A stretch of DNA of 64,000 bases. Source: Candidatus Latescibacterota bacterium. GTDB lineage: Bacteria; Latescibacterota; UBA2968; UBA8231. The first letter of the stretch is position 1, and each line of letters starts with the position of its first letter. Positions 38,682 to 50,976 of this stretch are shown here, piece after piece. The stretch is from assembly GCA_965203175.1 (NCBI GenBank), contig OZ241867.1, positions 928,001 to 992,000 on the forward strand, read 5' to 3'. Below the pieces are notes generated by a model. The model did not search any database. It saw only the letters and a program-made list of their open reading frames with translations, and had not been told where the DNA came from. The position numbers and the translations under genes are program-made.

Positions 38682-40147
38682 GCAAGCTGCTCGCCTTCGA
38701 TCTAGGGGCCGAGAGCGGCCGCGCCATCGTCGGGCATTTCGACGGCGAGCGCCTAGCGCTAGAAGAACTGCACCGCTTTGCAAATGGCCCGGTGCAAGTC
38801 TTCGACCGTCTCTACTGGGACCCTTTGCGCCTTTTCGCCGAGATGAAACAGGCCCTCGGCCTCTTTGCCAGTACACACGGCAAGGCCCTCGATGCCATTG
38901 GCGTCGATACCTGGGGAGTCGATTTCGCCCTCCTCGGGCCTGGGGACGTACTCTTGGACAATCCGCGCAACTACCGCGACCCGCGCACCGACGGCATGTT
39001 AGAGGAAGCCTTTGCACGAGTGCCGCGCGAGGAAATTTTTGCGCGCACCGGCGTGCAGTTTTTGAAGCTCAACACCTTGTATCAACTGCTTTCGCTGCGC
39101 GACTCGTCTTTGCTGGAATGGGCGCAGACCTTCTTGATGATGGCCGACCTGTTCAATTTTTATTTTACCGGCACCAAGACCTGCGAATTTTCCAACGCCA
39201 CTACCACCCAATTTTACGATCCGCGCCAAGGCACTTGGTCGGTCGAGCTCCTAGAAGGATTGGGGCTGCCGACCCATTTTCTTCCCCCGATTGTCCAGCC
39301 CGGAACCCGCCTAGGCTCGCTCCTGCCCTCTATTGCTGCTGAAACAGGGCTCAATGCGGTTCCGGTCATCGCTCCAGCTACCCACGATACGGGCGCGGCC
39401 GTGGCCGCGGTACCCGCTGAAGTACGCGACTACGCCTATATCAGCTCGGGAACTTGGTCGTTGATGGGCGTCGAGCTCGACCAACCGCTCATCAACAATC
39501 AGGCATTCCAGTACAATTTCACCAACGAAGGGGGCGTCGGGCCGACCTACCGCTTCCTCAAAAACATCATGGGACTGTGGCTAATACAGGAATGCCGGCG
39601 CGCGTGGCAGCGCGAGGGACGCGCCTTTTCCTACGACGAACTGACGGCCATGGCCCAAAGTGCAGCTCCCTTTACCGCTTTTGTCGATCCGGACGCCGAG
39701 TGCTTTCTCGCACTGGGCGACATGCCCGCCAGAATCCGCGCCTATTGCCAAGAAACAGGCCAAATCATTCCCTTCGACGAGGGACAAGTCGCGCGCGTGG
39801 CCCTCGAAAGCCTAGCGTTTAAGTACCGCTACGTACTCGACGCGCTAGAGACCATTCTCGGCCGCCGCCTCGAGTGCATCCACATCGTCGGCGGTGGGAT
39901 CCAAAACCGCCTGCTCTGCCAGTTTACCGCCTCAGCTACTGGTCGCCCGGTAGTCGCTGGACCGCTCGAAGCCACGGCTATCGGCAATTTAATGCTCCAG
40001 CTCATCGGCCTAGGCCAGATGAACTCGCTGGCCGAAATCCGCCAAGTCGTGCGCCACTCCTTTGCGCCCGTTGTGTACGAGCCGGAACAAGCCGCTGCTT
40101 GGGATGCGGCCTACGACCGCTTTCGCCCGCTGCTCTCCCCGGCCTGA
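38678..40147 (+). CDS. rhaB: Rhamnulokinase-family FGGY sugar kinase
   Basis: LAFDLGAESGR, GVDTWGVDF, YRDPRT, HDTGAAV, SSGTWSLMG, NIMGLW. Confidence 0.88.
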   Translation: MSKLLAFDLGAESGRAIVGHFDGERLALEELHRFANGPVQVFDRLYWDPLRLFAEMKQALGLFASTHGKALDAIGVDTWGVDFALLGPGDVLLDNPRNYRDPRTDGMLEEAFARVPREEIFARTGVQFLKLNTLYQLLSLRDSSLLEWAQTFLMMADLFNFYFTGTKTCEFSNATTTQFYDPRQGTWSVELLEGLGLPTHFLPPIVQPGTRLGSLLPSIAAETGLNAVPVIAPATHDTGAAVAAVPAEVRDYAYISSGTWSLMGVELDQPLINNQAFQYNFTNEGGVGPTYRFLKNIMGLWLIQECRRAWQREGRAFSYDELTAMAQSAAPFTAFVDPDAECFLALGDMPARIRAYCQETGQIIPFDEGQVARVALESLAFKYRYVLDALETILGRRLECIHIVGGGIQNRLLCQFTASATGRPVVAGPLEATAIGNLMLQLIGLGQMNSLAEIRQVVRHSFAPVVYEPEQAAAWDAAYDRFRPLLSPA

Positions 40148-40226
40148 TCCCGATCTGGAACCGCGTTCTTTCCCAGTCGTCTTACCTAAGAACCGTCATT
40201 TTCTCTTTTCGTCATTTGGGCTTCTT

Positions 40227-41075
40227 ATGGGAAAAAGCAGCCTCGATTCGCTAGATCTATCTGAGTCCTACTGGCGCGACATTCAGCACTTTCAGCCGCT
40301 GAGCCGCCAACGAGAGATCGAGCTGGTACACAGAGCGCGCGCTGGTGATGAGCGCGCCATGCACCAGATGGTCGAAGCCAACTTGCGCTTTGTCGTCCGC
40401 ATCGCCAGGGGATACCACGGGCGCGGGCTTTCCTTTATGGAGCTTATTTCCGAGGGCAACCTCGGGCTGATGGAAGCCGTCCAACGCTTCGACGAAACTC
40501 GTGGCTTTAAGTTCATCACCTATGCGGTGTGGTGGATTCGCCAAGCCATTCTTCGAGCCTTAGCCGAACACGGCAAAATTGCTCGCCCACCGCTGAGCCG
40601 GGTCAATGATCTGCAAAAGGTCGAGCGATGGACGAGTATCCTAGCCCAAAAACTGGGACGCGATCCCACTCCGGAGGAAATCGCCAACAGTGCCAAATTA
40701 TCGCTGGAGCGGACGCACAATGCCCTTTACATGGCCCAACCCGATATCTCTATGGACGTGCCAACCCTGCCCGATGAACGGGAGCCACTAATGGCCACTT
40801 TCGCGGCTCGCACCCCCGATCCGGCCGATTGCTATGAGCGCGCCGCGCTTGCTCATACCTTGCATGCGTGCCTCGACGTACTCGACCGACGCGAGCGCCT
40901 AGTCGTCCGCGCCTATTTCGGCCTCGACGACCAAGATCCCCAGACTCTGGAGCAAATCGGCATGCAATTGGGCCTCACGCGCGAGCGAGTGCGCCAACTC
41001 AGGGACCAAGCTCTCGATAAAATGCGAATTCACGCTGGCGAGCTACTACTCGAGCTTTCCAACAGTCCCGTGTAG
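40227..41075 (+). CDS. RpoD/SigA-family sigma factor lacking region 1.1
   Basis: ANLRFVV, EGNLGL, RGFKFITYAVWWIRQAI, LTRERVRQ. Confidence 0.92.
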   Translation: MGKSSLDSLDLSESYWRDIQHFQPLSRQREIELVHRARAGDERAMHQMVEANLRFVVRIARGYHGRGLSFMELISEGNLGLMEAVQRFDETRGFKFITYAVWWIRQAILRALAEHGKIARPPLSRVNDLQKVERWTSILAQKLGRDPTPEEIANSAKLSLERTHNALYMAQPDISMDVPTLPDEREPLMATFAARTPDPADCYERAALAHTLHACLDVLDRRERLVVRAYFGLDDQDPQTLEQIGMQLGLTRERVRQLRDQALDKMRIHAGELLLELSNSPV

Positions 41076-41184
41076 CAAGACGCGCGCGGTGCGAGGCGGA
41101 GGCATAGGGCTTGATTGAGCACAGCAAAAGGCTTTCTTTTTTATCTATACTTTGAATAGTATTCTCACAGGATAGAAATACCTT

Positions 41185-42012
41185 ATGTCTTACAATTTAG
41201 CCGATCTTCACACCCATTCTCTGTGCTCCGACGGATTGCGGACGCCGACTGAAGCGGTCGAAGAGGCCTGCGAAGCGGGCTTGCAAGCGATGAGTTTGAC
41301 CGATCACGATACGGTCCAAGGCGTCCCCGAGGCCACGGCAGCCGGCGAGCGTATGCACATGGAAGTAGTACCCGGCACCGAACTGAGCGCCCACATCCGG
41401 GACCGCGAAGTACACATTCTCGCCTACTGCATCGACTACCAAGACGATCAGCTCGGTACGACCCTCGCCAAGTCTCTTCAAGCCCGCCACCAGCGGGGGA
41501 TCGCGATCGTCAAAGCGCTCAACAGCATGGGGCTGACCGTCAGCCTCGACGACGTGCTCTCCCAAGCCAACGGCAGCCCCCTCGGGCGGCCGCACATCGC
41601 CGCGGTCATGGTGAAAAATGGCCTAGTGGCCGACAGGGACGAAGCTTTCAGCCGCTACATCGGCGACCATGGCCCGGCCTTTAGGCCCAAACCCTACGCC
41701 GCAGCCAAAGACCTCATCGCCCTCATTCATCGCACGGGCGGCGTGGCCGTACTCGCCCACCCCAGCATCAGTCTCCCCGAGTCTATCATCGAGCAGCTAG
41801 TCACCTACGGGCTCGACGGCATTGAGGTCTTCCACCCGTCCCACCAGCCAGCGCAAATGGAATACTACGACCAGCTCGCCGACCGCTACGGCCTAATCAA
41901 GTCTGGAGGGTCCGATAGCCACGGCGACAGCGAAGGCACCCGCATCGGCGACTACGGAGTCGGCTACGAAGTAATCGAGGCCATGCGCGAGCGGGCCGCT
42001 ACCTATGCTTGA
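41185..42012 (+). CDS. PHP domain phosphoesterase
   Basis: DLHTHS..SDG, TDHD, GRPHIA, LAHP, GGSDSHG. Confidence 0.93.
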   Translation: MSYNLADLHTHSLCSDGLRTPTEAVEEACEAGLQAMSLTDHDTVQGVPEATAAGERMHMEVVPGTELSAHIRDREVHILAYCIDYQDDQLGTTLAKSLQARHQRGIAIVKALNSMGLTVSLDDVLSQANGSPLGRPHIAAVMVKNGLVADRDEAFSRYIGDHGPAFRPKPYAAAKDLIALIHRTGGVAVLAHPSISLPESIIEQLVTYGLDGIEVFHPSHQPAQMEYYDQLADRYGLIKSGGSDSHGDSEGTRIGDYGVGYEVIEAMRERAATYA

Positions 42013-43720
42013 GTGGCCCATCCCTAGCCGCAGTAAAAATGCTCGCTTGATGACCTATTTCTTTTTTCGCCAGGCCGTCCTCTTCTCTTTCTCGCTGCTC
42101 GTCTTAGCGCTGCATCTATCGCCTAGCTATGCGCTCCGGCCCCAGCGATTTCACCAAGCATCCGAGCCTATCCGCGGGCTATTAGGCACTTCAATAGGCG
42201 ACATCGTCTGGAGCGGGCGCTATCTATGGGTCGGCACCGAGAGTGGAGTGGCGCGCCTCGATCCGGCGCTAAGTAACGGCGTTGAGGTCGTGGACTGGGT
42301 CACCTTTACCGAACTCAACGGCCTCGGCCGCGGCGCGATCAGCGCCCTCGACGCGGTCGGCGATACCGTGTGGGTAGCAACCCTGATCGATTCAGTCACC
42401 GCCGAACGAGGAGTGAAACAAGCGGGCACTGGATTGAGTTTTTCTCACGACGGCGGCGGCTCTTGGCACCACATTCCCAATGAGTTCATTTTCGACCTCA
42501 CCCAGGCTGGTTTTGAGCGCGGCCTCGGCCGCGGCGCGACCATCGACAATGCTTGTTTTGACATCTCCATCGACGGAGAGGCCGTGTACGCCGCCTTTTT
42601 CGCTGGCTCCACCGTGCGTTCGCTCGACCAAGGCCGCACTTGGGAACCCTTCTTGCCCGGCGGCGCAGACGAGATCGTCTTCTTCGCCAGTGACACGGCT
42701 GCCGACAGCTTGCGAATTGTGGCCGACAGTCTCGCAGGCGCAAACGCCGATCCAAATAACATCGCCCAGTTGCGCGCTGACGCCGACAGCTTGGCCAGCC
42801 AATCATTCCTGCACCGCACTTTTGCGGTTATCGCTCACGGGGACACGGTTTGGATCGGCACTTCCAGCGGAATCGCCTTCACCTTTGACGGAGGCCAACA
42901 TTGGCAAAATGCCAAAGTGCGCCTCGGCGCAGAGGGCACCCCCCTTCCTGGCCACCCGGCTGGCAATTGGGTCGTCGCACTCGAACGCCAAACCCTACCA
43001 GACGGCACCACGGCCATCTGGGCGGGAACCAACACCACTCCATCGCCCGGCCAAACCCAAGCCATCAGCGTCAGCCGCGACCTCGGCCAGACTTGGGGCC
43101 ACACTGGGCCGACTTTTGCCTGGGACTTTGCTTTTACCCCCAATTTTGTTTGGGCCGGCACCGACCTAGGGCTGCTAGCCAGCCCAGATCCAACCCTGCC
43201 GACCGATTCAGAACGGGTCTGGGACACCATAGACGTCGTCGATGGACAGCCCCTAACCGGCACCTTCGTCGGGCTTGCCGCAGTGGGCGATGTGCTTTGG
43301 GCCGGGGCCGAGCATGGCCTTGGGCGCTCCGAGGATGAGGGGAACACCTGGCGCGTCATCCGCGACCTGATCCGCACGCGCACGCTTGATGAAGGTACTT
43401 TTGTCAGAGCCGGAGGCGTGCCCGACAGCACGGCCCTCGCGTACGCAGCACCCAACCCTTTCGCCCCCTCGCGCGAAACGACGACCATCGTCTTTAGCTT
43501 GTCACAGGATGCAGAGATCTCTGTTGCGATTTACGACTTCGCTAGCGGCCTAGTCCGCAACCTTGCGACGGACGCGGCCTTTGCCGGCGGCGTCGATCAC
43601 CGCATCCTTTGGGATGGCCTCGACCAAGACGGCCAACTGGTAGCTAACGGGACGTACTTTTACCGCATTGCCCTAAACACCGGTCAACAGGCCTTTGGCA
43701 GAGTGGTGGTGCTCGATTGA
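42005..43720 (+). CDS. BNR/Asp-box beta-propeller protein with C-terminal FlgD-Ig / T9SS-type sorting domain (start uncertain)
   Basis: S.D.G.(S/T)W repeats; AAPNPF..IYD..G.LVR.L..WDG.D..G..VANGTYFYRI. Confidence 0.8.
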   Translation: MLEWPIPSRSKNARLMTYFFFRQAVLFSFSLLVLALHLSPSYALRPQRFHQASEPIRGLLGTSIGDIVWSGRYLWVGTESGVARLDPALSNGVEVVDWVTFTELNGLGRGAISALDAVGDTVWVATLIDSVTAERGVKQAGTGLSFSHDGGGSWHHIPNEFIFDLTQAGFERGLGRGATIDNACFDISIDGEAVYAAFFAGSTVRSLDQGRTWEPFLPGGADEIVFFASDTAADSLRIVADSLAGANADPNNIAQLRADADSLASQSFLHRTFAVIAHGDTVWIGTSSGIAFTFDGGQHWQNAKVRLGAEGTPLPGHPAGNWVVALERQTLPDGTTAIWAGTNTTPSPGQTQAISVSRDLGQTWGHTGPTFAWDFAFTPNFVWAGTDLGLLASPDPTLPTDSERVWDTIDVVDGQPLTGTFVGLAAVGDVLWAGAEHGLGRSEDEGNTWRVIRDLIRTRTLDEGTFVRAGGVPDSTALAYAAPNPFAPSRETTTIVFSLSQDAEISVAIYDFASGLVRNLATDAAFAGGVDHRILWDGLDQDGQLVANGTYFYRIALNTGQQAFGRVVVLD

Positions 43721-44631
43721 AAACGCTCTTCGCGCTATTGCTCGCCGCCTCCGCTGCGCACGGGGCCGATTTTGCCGCCGCCTTTCTCAGAACAGGGCTG
43801 GGTGCCCGCAGCCTAGGACTGGGAGCCTTTGTCGCCGCGGCCGACGATGCATCATCCCCCTACCGGAATCCAGCCGGCCTCGCTCGCCTGCGGGGCAAAA
43901 CCCTAGAAACCTCCATTCAGTCGCTCTCGCTGGGGCGACGGCAAGGTAGTGCCGCTATCGCGTTCAACATTCGTGGAGACATGGGCTTTGGCTTCGCTTG
44001 GTCGCATGCTACAGTCGGCGGGATCAAGGGCCGCACGGCTAGTGGCCAGTACACCGGGCCTATCGAGGACCGAGCGAACGCTTTTATCTTCGGAATAGGT
44101 AGCTCTCTTGGGTCGCGCTTCGCGGTTGGTTTAGCCGTTAAAGTCCTCAAGCAGAGTATCGACCTGCCCTTAGTTCCCACGGCCACGGCCAACGGCAGCG
44201 GCTTCGACGTAGGAATTCAGTTCCGCGCGGCCGAGCATACCTGGCTCGGTGCCAGCATATCCAATCTCAACGCCGACCTCGCTTGGAAGGTGCGCCATGC
44301 CGACCAGCGGTCGAATACCACTGAGAATGCCCTGCCGCGCACGCTCGTCTTTGGCGCGTCACAGCGATTTTTGGACGCCCTGCTGTTGGCCGCCGAGTTC
44401 CGCGCTGACGGAGAACAGAGCGTCAACCTCGGCGCCGAGTGGCAGCTAAATGCACTGCTCGTAATGCGCAGCGGTTTGCACCTCCTCGGCACCGAAGACG
44501 GGGGCCAACTCTCGGTCGGACTGACCTTGCAGCCGATGCACCGCGAGACCTTGCAATTCCAATACGCGTACTTAACCGATCCCCTCGGTGCTGGAGGACG
44601 CACGACCGTGGGCCTGGCGCTGGCGTTCTGA
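43717..44631 (+). CDS. PorV/PorQ-like outer-membrane beta-barrel
   Basis: AAFLRTGLGARSLGLG.AFVA.ADDASS.YRNPAGLA; C-terminal Phe. Confidence 0.8.
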   Translation: MKTLFALLLAASAAHGADFAAAFLRTGLGARSLGLGAFVAAADDASSPYRNPAGLARLRGKTLETSIQSLSLGRRQGSAAIAFNIRGDMGFGFAWSHATVGGIKGRTASGQYTGPIEDRANAFIFGIGSSLGSRFAVGLAVKVLKQSIDLPLVPTATANGSGFDVGIQFRAAEHTWLGASISNLNADLAWKVRHADQRSNTTENALPRTLVFGASQRFLDALLLAAEFRADGEQSVNLGAEWQLNALLVMRSGLHLLGTEDGGQLSVGLTLQPMHRETLQFQYAYLTDPLGAGGRTTVGLALAF

Positions 44632-44637
44632 GAAGCG

Positions 44638-45492
44638 ATGGCTTTCCTCTTGGTCGCACTTTTGACGCTGCCAGCGGTCCTTAGTGCCGCTGGTCTGCCC
44701 GCGCTACGCCAAGGTGGCGGGGCCCGCGCTGCGGCCTTGGCCAGCGCGGAGACTGCCCTGTTTGCCTCTCAAGCCCTCAACCCAGCGGCTCGGCAATCGC
44801 GTGGGCGCAACATCGCCTTTAACCACCAAGCCTCTATCCAGAATATCCGCCAGAACCACCTGCACCTGACGCAGACCCGCGGCCGCGGTACCTGGGGGCT
44901 TTCCGCCCAACTGTTACACGACGACAACCTAGAGCACCGCATCGGCCCCTCAACTGAGCCACTGGGGCACTTTGGCGTGTACGAGGGAGCGGTCGGCCTG
45001 AGCTACGCCCGCCAGATGGAGCGGACGCGCCTCGGCTTGCAGCTAAAATTCATCCGCCAGTCCATTTTGACCCAAAACGCCAGCGGCCTAGCCGCCGACT
45101 TCGGGCTGGTGTACGATGTCGCGGCCCGCTTGCGCTTGGGGGCCACGGTGCGCAACTTGGGCCGCATGAACCGCCTCGACCAACGGGAGACTGACCTGCC
45201 CTTAGAAGCTCGTTTCGGCGCCGCCTATACCGGACGTGCAGACATGCTCGTGGCCGTCGAAGTGCAAAAGGTCCGCGACGACGATCTCACGCTGCATCTG
45301 GGCGGCGAGTACCGGGCCAGCGAGCACTTGCGCCTGCGCGCGGGTTACCAGACCACTGAAAACCACGGCCTCTCGGCCGGGCTTGGCCTAGTGGCCAAGC
45401 ACTGGGTCATCGACTACGCCTATGTGCCTTTTGGCTCAGGCTTGGGCGACGCGCACTGGCTCAGCCTCCAGCTAGAAAGCACAACCCCTTGA
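44638..45492 (+). CDS. PorV/PorQ-like outer-membrane beta-barrel (paralog)
   Basis: GARAAALA..NPAA, ADFG, RNLG, LRAGY, IDYAYVPF..LG..H. Confidence 0.8.
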   Translation: MAFLLVALLTLPAVLSAAGLPALRQGGGARAAALASAETALFASQALNPAARQSRGRNIAFNHQASIQNIRQNHLHLTQTRGRGTWGLSAQLLHDDNLEHRIGPSTEPLGHFGVYEGAVGLSYARQMERTRLGLQLKFIRQSILTQNASGLAADFGLVYDVAARLRLGATVRNLGRMNRLDQRETDLPLEARFGAAYTGRADMLVAVEVQKVRDDDLTLHLGGEYRASEHLRLRAGYQTTENHGLSAGLGLVAKHWVIDYAYVPFGSGLGDAHWLSLQLESTTP

Positions 45493-46454
45493 ACTTCTGG
45501 CGCAAAACAGTGTCGCCGGTGGTGCCGCCAACCCCATCAATCCCGACCTCGCTCCCGGCCCAGCACGCCAACTCCTCGCGCTTATGGGTCCACATACTGC
45601 TGTTTTTATGTACCATTGCTTCGACTGCGATCGCCGGTGCTATGCAGCAAGGAGTTGACCCACTGACCAGCATCGCGGCCTTGGTTCACCTCGTCGAGGG
45701 TCTCCCTTTTGCCGCGACTTTGCTCTTTATTCTCACAGTCCATGAATTCGGCCATTACTTTGCTGCGCGCCGCTGGGGAGTCAGGGCCTCGCTGCCTTAC
45801 TTTCTCCCCCTGCCCTATGTTTCCTTCCTCGGAACCTTGGGCGCGGTCATCAAAATTCGCTCTCCCATCCCCAACAAGTGCGCCCTTCTCGACATTGGTG
45901 CCGCTGGCCCCCTAGCGGGCTTTGTCGTCGCCCTCGCAGCCTGCTTTGCCGGGCTCTCGCGCTCGGCCGTGGTCTCGGCGGATTACTTTCACGCTTCCCC
46001 CATCGAATTAGGGGCACCCTTGCTCTTTTCCGGCATCGCCGCTCTCGTCTTGCCCGCCATTGGGCCGGACCAAATAATTCTCTTAGACCCGGTGGCTTTT
46101 GCCGGTTGGGTCGGGCTGTTTATTACGGCTTTCAACCTCTTTCCCATTGGCCAACTCGACGGCGGCCATATCGCGTACGCGCTCTTTGGTCACCGCCACC
46201 GACAGATCGCCCGCACGGCTTACGTGGCTTTGTTGTTCCTGGGAATTTACGGGGTTCTATCGCTGCTGTGGGAGTGGCCCCAGGGATGGCCGGGGTGGCT
46301 CGCACTGGCCTTTTTTCTCGCGCTTTTTGGCAAGGATCACCCGGCTCCCTACGACCCCTTTATCTCGCTGGGCCGCGGCCGGTGCTTCATCGGCTACCTC
46401 TGCCTACTGGTCTTTGTCCTCTGTTTCGCTCCCGTGCCTTTTGTCACCTACTGA
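45489..46454 (+). CDS. Site-2 protease (M50)
   Basis: HEFGH, GTLGA.I, AGPLAG, NLFPIGQLDGGH. Confidence 0.93.
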   Translation: MNFWRKTVSPVVPPTPSIPTSLPAQHANSSRLWVHILLFLCTIASTAIAGAMQQGVDPLTSIAALVHLVEGLPFAATLLFILTVHEFGHYFAARRWGVRASLPYFLPLPYVSFLGTLGAVIKIRSPIPNKCALLDIGAAGPLAGFVVALAACFAGLSRSAVVSADYFHASPIELGAPLLFSGIAALVLPAIGPDQIILLDPVAFAGWVGLFITAFNLFPIGQLDGGHIAYALFGHRHRQIARTAYVALLFLGIYGVLSLLWEWPQGWPGWLALAFFLALFGKDHPAPYDPFISLGRGRCFIGYLCLLVFVLCFAPVPFVTY

Positions 46455-46462
46455 GCTGCGCC

Positions 46463-47212
46463 ATGCTCTCGTTTCTACCATTTCTGCTCGCAGCGCTGTT
46501 GACTGGCTGCGCCCTAGGCGACACCGAACAAGTGGATTGTCGCTGTGCGCCCGACACAAGTATCGATCTTTTTCCCCATTGCGACGACGCGGTCGAGGAG
46601 CGCCCCGACCCTAAGACCCCGCTATCGACCCAGCTTCCCGACTGCCCCAGCGGCCAACAACTCTTCCTGCCCGAACGCACAAAACCCGTGTCTGTGCTGC
46701 GCAATCTCGAATCCATCTTCCAAGCCCAACCCGAGTTCCGCAGCCCCCAACAGTACATGGAGCAGTTCACCGAGGACTTTGTCTTCAGCCCCGACCCCGA
46801 CGATGTGCAGCTATACCCAGATGTCTACAACGTCAATCGCGATCCCGTCTGGGGGGCGGCAGAAGAGCGCAACTTCGCCCGCCTCATTCTCTCACCGGAG
46901 CGGCTTCATAGCGCGCGCTTTGTGCGCTGGTTCAATTCGTCCAAAGACGAGCGAGAACTCTCCGACGACCAACTGCGCGAGACCTTCAAATTTCCCTACG
47001 AAGCCGAGTTCATCGAGATAATCAGCTCGGCCGGGGGAGATTCCGAGGAACCGGAGTTCAACACAATTGGCGTCAAAGGCTTTGTGGAAATCGACTTGGT
47101 GACGCCAACGCTGGAAAATCCCGTGTGGTCGATCGCGGAGTGGCGCGATCGGCGCGATCAAGCCTCGGCCAAGTTTTCTTGGGGGGAGTTGCGGGCGCTC
47201 TTTTCGCAGTGA
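46463..47212 (+). CDS. Hypothetical lipoprotein
   Basis: MLSFLPFLLAALLTGC lipobox. Confidence 0.7.
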   Translation: MLSFLPFLLAALLTGCALGDTEQVDCRCAPDTSIDLFPHCDDAVEERPDPKTPLSTQLPDCPSGQQLFLPERTKPVSVLRNLESIFQAQPEFRSPQQYMEQFTEDFVFSPDPDDVQLYPDVYNVNRDPVWGAAEERNFARLILSPERLHSARFVRWFNSSKDERELSDDQLRETFKFPYEAEFIEIISSAGGDSEEPEFNTIGVKGFVEIDLVTPTLENPVWSIAEWRDRRDQASAKFSWGELRALFSQ

Positions 47213-47286
47213 CTTTTTGATAATTGCCTCTCTGATTTGTATCTTAAAGGATAGTTTTTGCACGACACCAACCCGGAGGTACGATC

Positions 47287-47961
47287 GTGAAATCATTCGC
47301 CCTCTTAATCATCTGCGGCCTCCTCGCCTTGAGCGCCTGCGGCGGCAACCCCTTTGCACCCCCGACGCAGAACCGCACGGAAATAGAGCCGTCGGCCCCG
47401 CCCGCTCCCGACGCCATATCTCCTGAGATCCTCCGCGACAACCTCGCTCGCGCCATGCGCACCCGCGACAAGGAACTTTACGAGGCCTCGCTCGACAAAG
47501 ACTTCTTGTTTACCGAATGGGATTGCTTAGGAGAAGCGGCGTACCACTACGACTTGGAAGTCGAATTGGCGATCATGGTCGGCAGCCGCGATGGTTCGCA
47601 GCCGGGCATCTTCGACAGATTCCGCCTTTTTGACTACGACTTTGAGGTCCTCCGCCGCGATCCAGAACTCGGCTCCGATCACCCGGAAAACTATCCCGGA
47701 GACCCCGACGGCCACCCGGACGAAGACTGGGAGGTCTTCTATGGCCGAGTCCAAATGCGCTTGCTCGACGACGATGGCAATGGCTTTCGCGTAGATCAGA
47801 ATATGACCCACAAGCTCCGCCGCGACCCAGACGACGGCTTGTGGAGAGTCGTCCGCTGGGTGGACGATGCCTTGTCGGGGTCGGGGGACTGCGGCGGTGC
47901 GGGCAAACACTCGGCAAACGTCTTTAGCTGGGCGGCACTAAAGCAAAAAATCGCGCCCTGA
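47287..47961 (+). CDS. Hypothetical lipoprotein (paralog-like)
   Basis: LSAC lipobox followed by NPFAPP; GGAGG SD. Confidence 0.75.
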   Translation: MKSFALLIICGLLALSACGGNPFAPPTQNRTEIEPSAPPAPDAISPEILRDNLARAMRTRDKELYEASLDKDFLFTEWDCLGEAAYHYDLEVELAIMVGSRDGSQPGIFDRFRLFDYDFEVLRRDPELGSDHPENYPGDPDGHPDEDWEVFYGRVQMRLLDDDGNGFRVDQNMTHKLRRDPDDGLWRVVRWVDDALSGSGDCGGAGKHSANVFSWAALKQKIAP

Positions 47962-47965
47962 GCCA

Positions 47966-50229
<2,264 letters not shown>

Positions 50230-50238
50230 AGGATCGAC

Positions 50239-50802
50239 TCAGGCCGCTTGATCGCAGGGCGCGCAGACTAGGGCGAAACGCCGTGCACCGCCTACGTCGA
50301 GTTCGGTGGCAAAGTCCTTCTTGACCGGCACGGATTGCTCGCCGCAAAAATCGCACTTGCCGCGCTCTGCGTAATCGGAAATCGCCCCTATCTCAAACTC
50401 GACCTGTTTGCGCTTTTCGCGCCCTTGGGAAAACAGCCGCGCAAAATTGAGTACTTGCTTGTCGGTCTCGCGCTCCAAGGTCCGCTCTATGATCTCGTCG
50501 AGCGCTGGGTCGTCGGGTTTGCCGCCGTCTTCGAGCGTGTGCCAAGCAGCGCGGCGCACTCGCGCATCTTGGTCTTCGAGCATTCGATAAAGCGCCTTCC
50601 AGACCTCGTCTATGCTCCGACGCACGTGACAGGGGCACAAAAAGGACGCCGCCTGTAGGCGATATTCTGGATCGGCACTGCGCGACATCTGCAACAGCTC
50701 TTGAATTTCTTCGCGCCCCACGCGCTGCTCGCCTTGGCGGAAAGCCGCCCGCTGATACTTGTTCAGTCCCTGGGGCCGCGCCTTGCGTCGCTTTCTGCTC
50801 AT
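50239..50802 (-). CDS. HEAT-repeat protein with C-terminal CxxC..CxxC motif
   Basis: LCPCHV, MLEDQDARVRRAAWHTL, CDFCG..CAPC; AGGAG SD. Confidence 0.7.
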   Translation of the reverse strand: MSRKRRKARPQGLNKYQRAAFRQGEQRVGREEIQELLQMSRSADPEYRLQAASFLCPCHVRRSIDEVWKALYRMLEDQDARVRRAAWHTLEDGGKPDDPALDEIIERTLERETDKQVLNFARLFSQGREKRKQVEFEIGAISDYAERGKCDFCGEQSVPVKKDFATELDVGGARRFALVCAPCDQAA

Positions 50803-50921
50803 GTCCAATTCTCCTGTCTCAACCTTGTCATCATCATCTTAATGGCAAGAGTGCTGCAATGTCAAAGGCAAAGGGTTTGACAGAGACATTCCCGCCTCGT
50901 ACTCTGAACGCTTTACCGGAA

Positions 50922-50957
50922 AAAATAAAAAACCGCCGACCAATAGCCGACGGTTTT
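50922..50957 (-). terminator. Intrinsic terminator downstream of purF
   Basis: Minus strand CCGTCGGC-TATTG-GTCGGCGG followed by TTTTTTATTTT. Confidence 0.75.
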
Positions 50958-50976
50958 CCCTGCCATCATTAAACCT

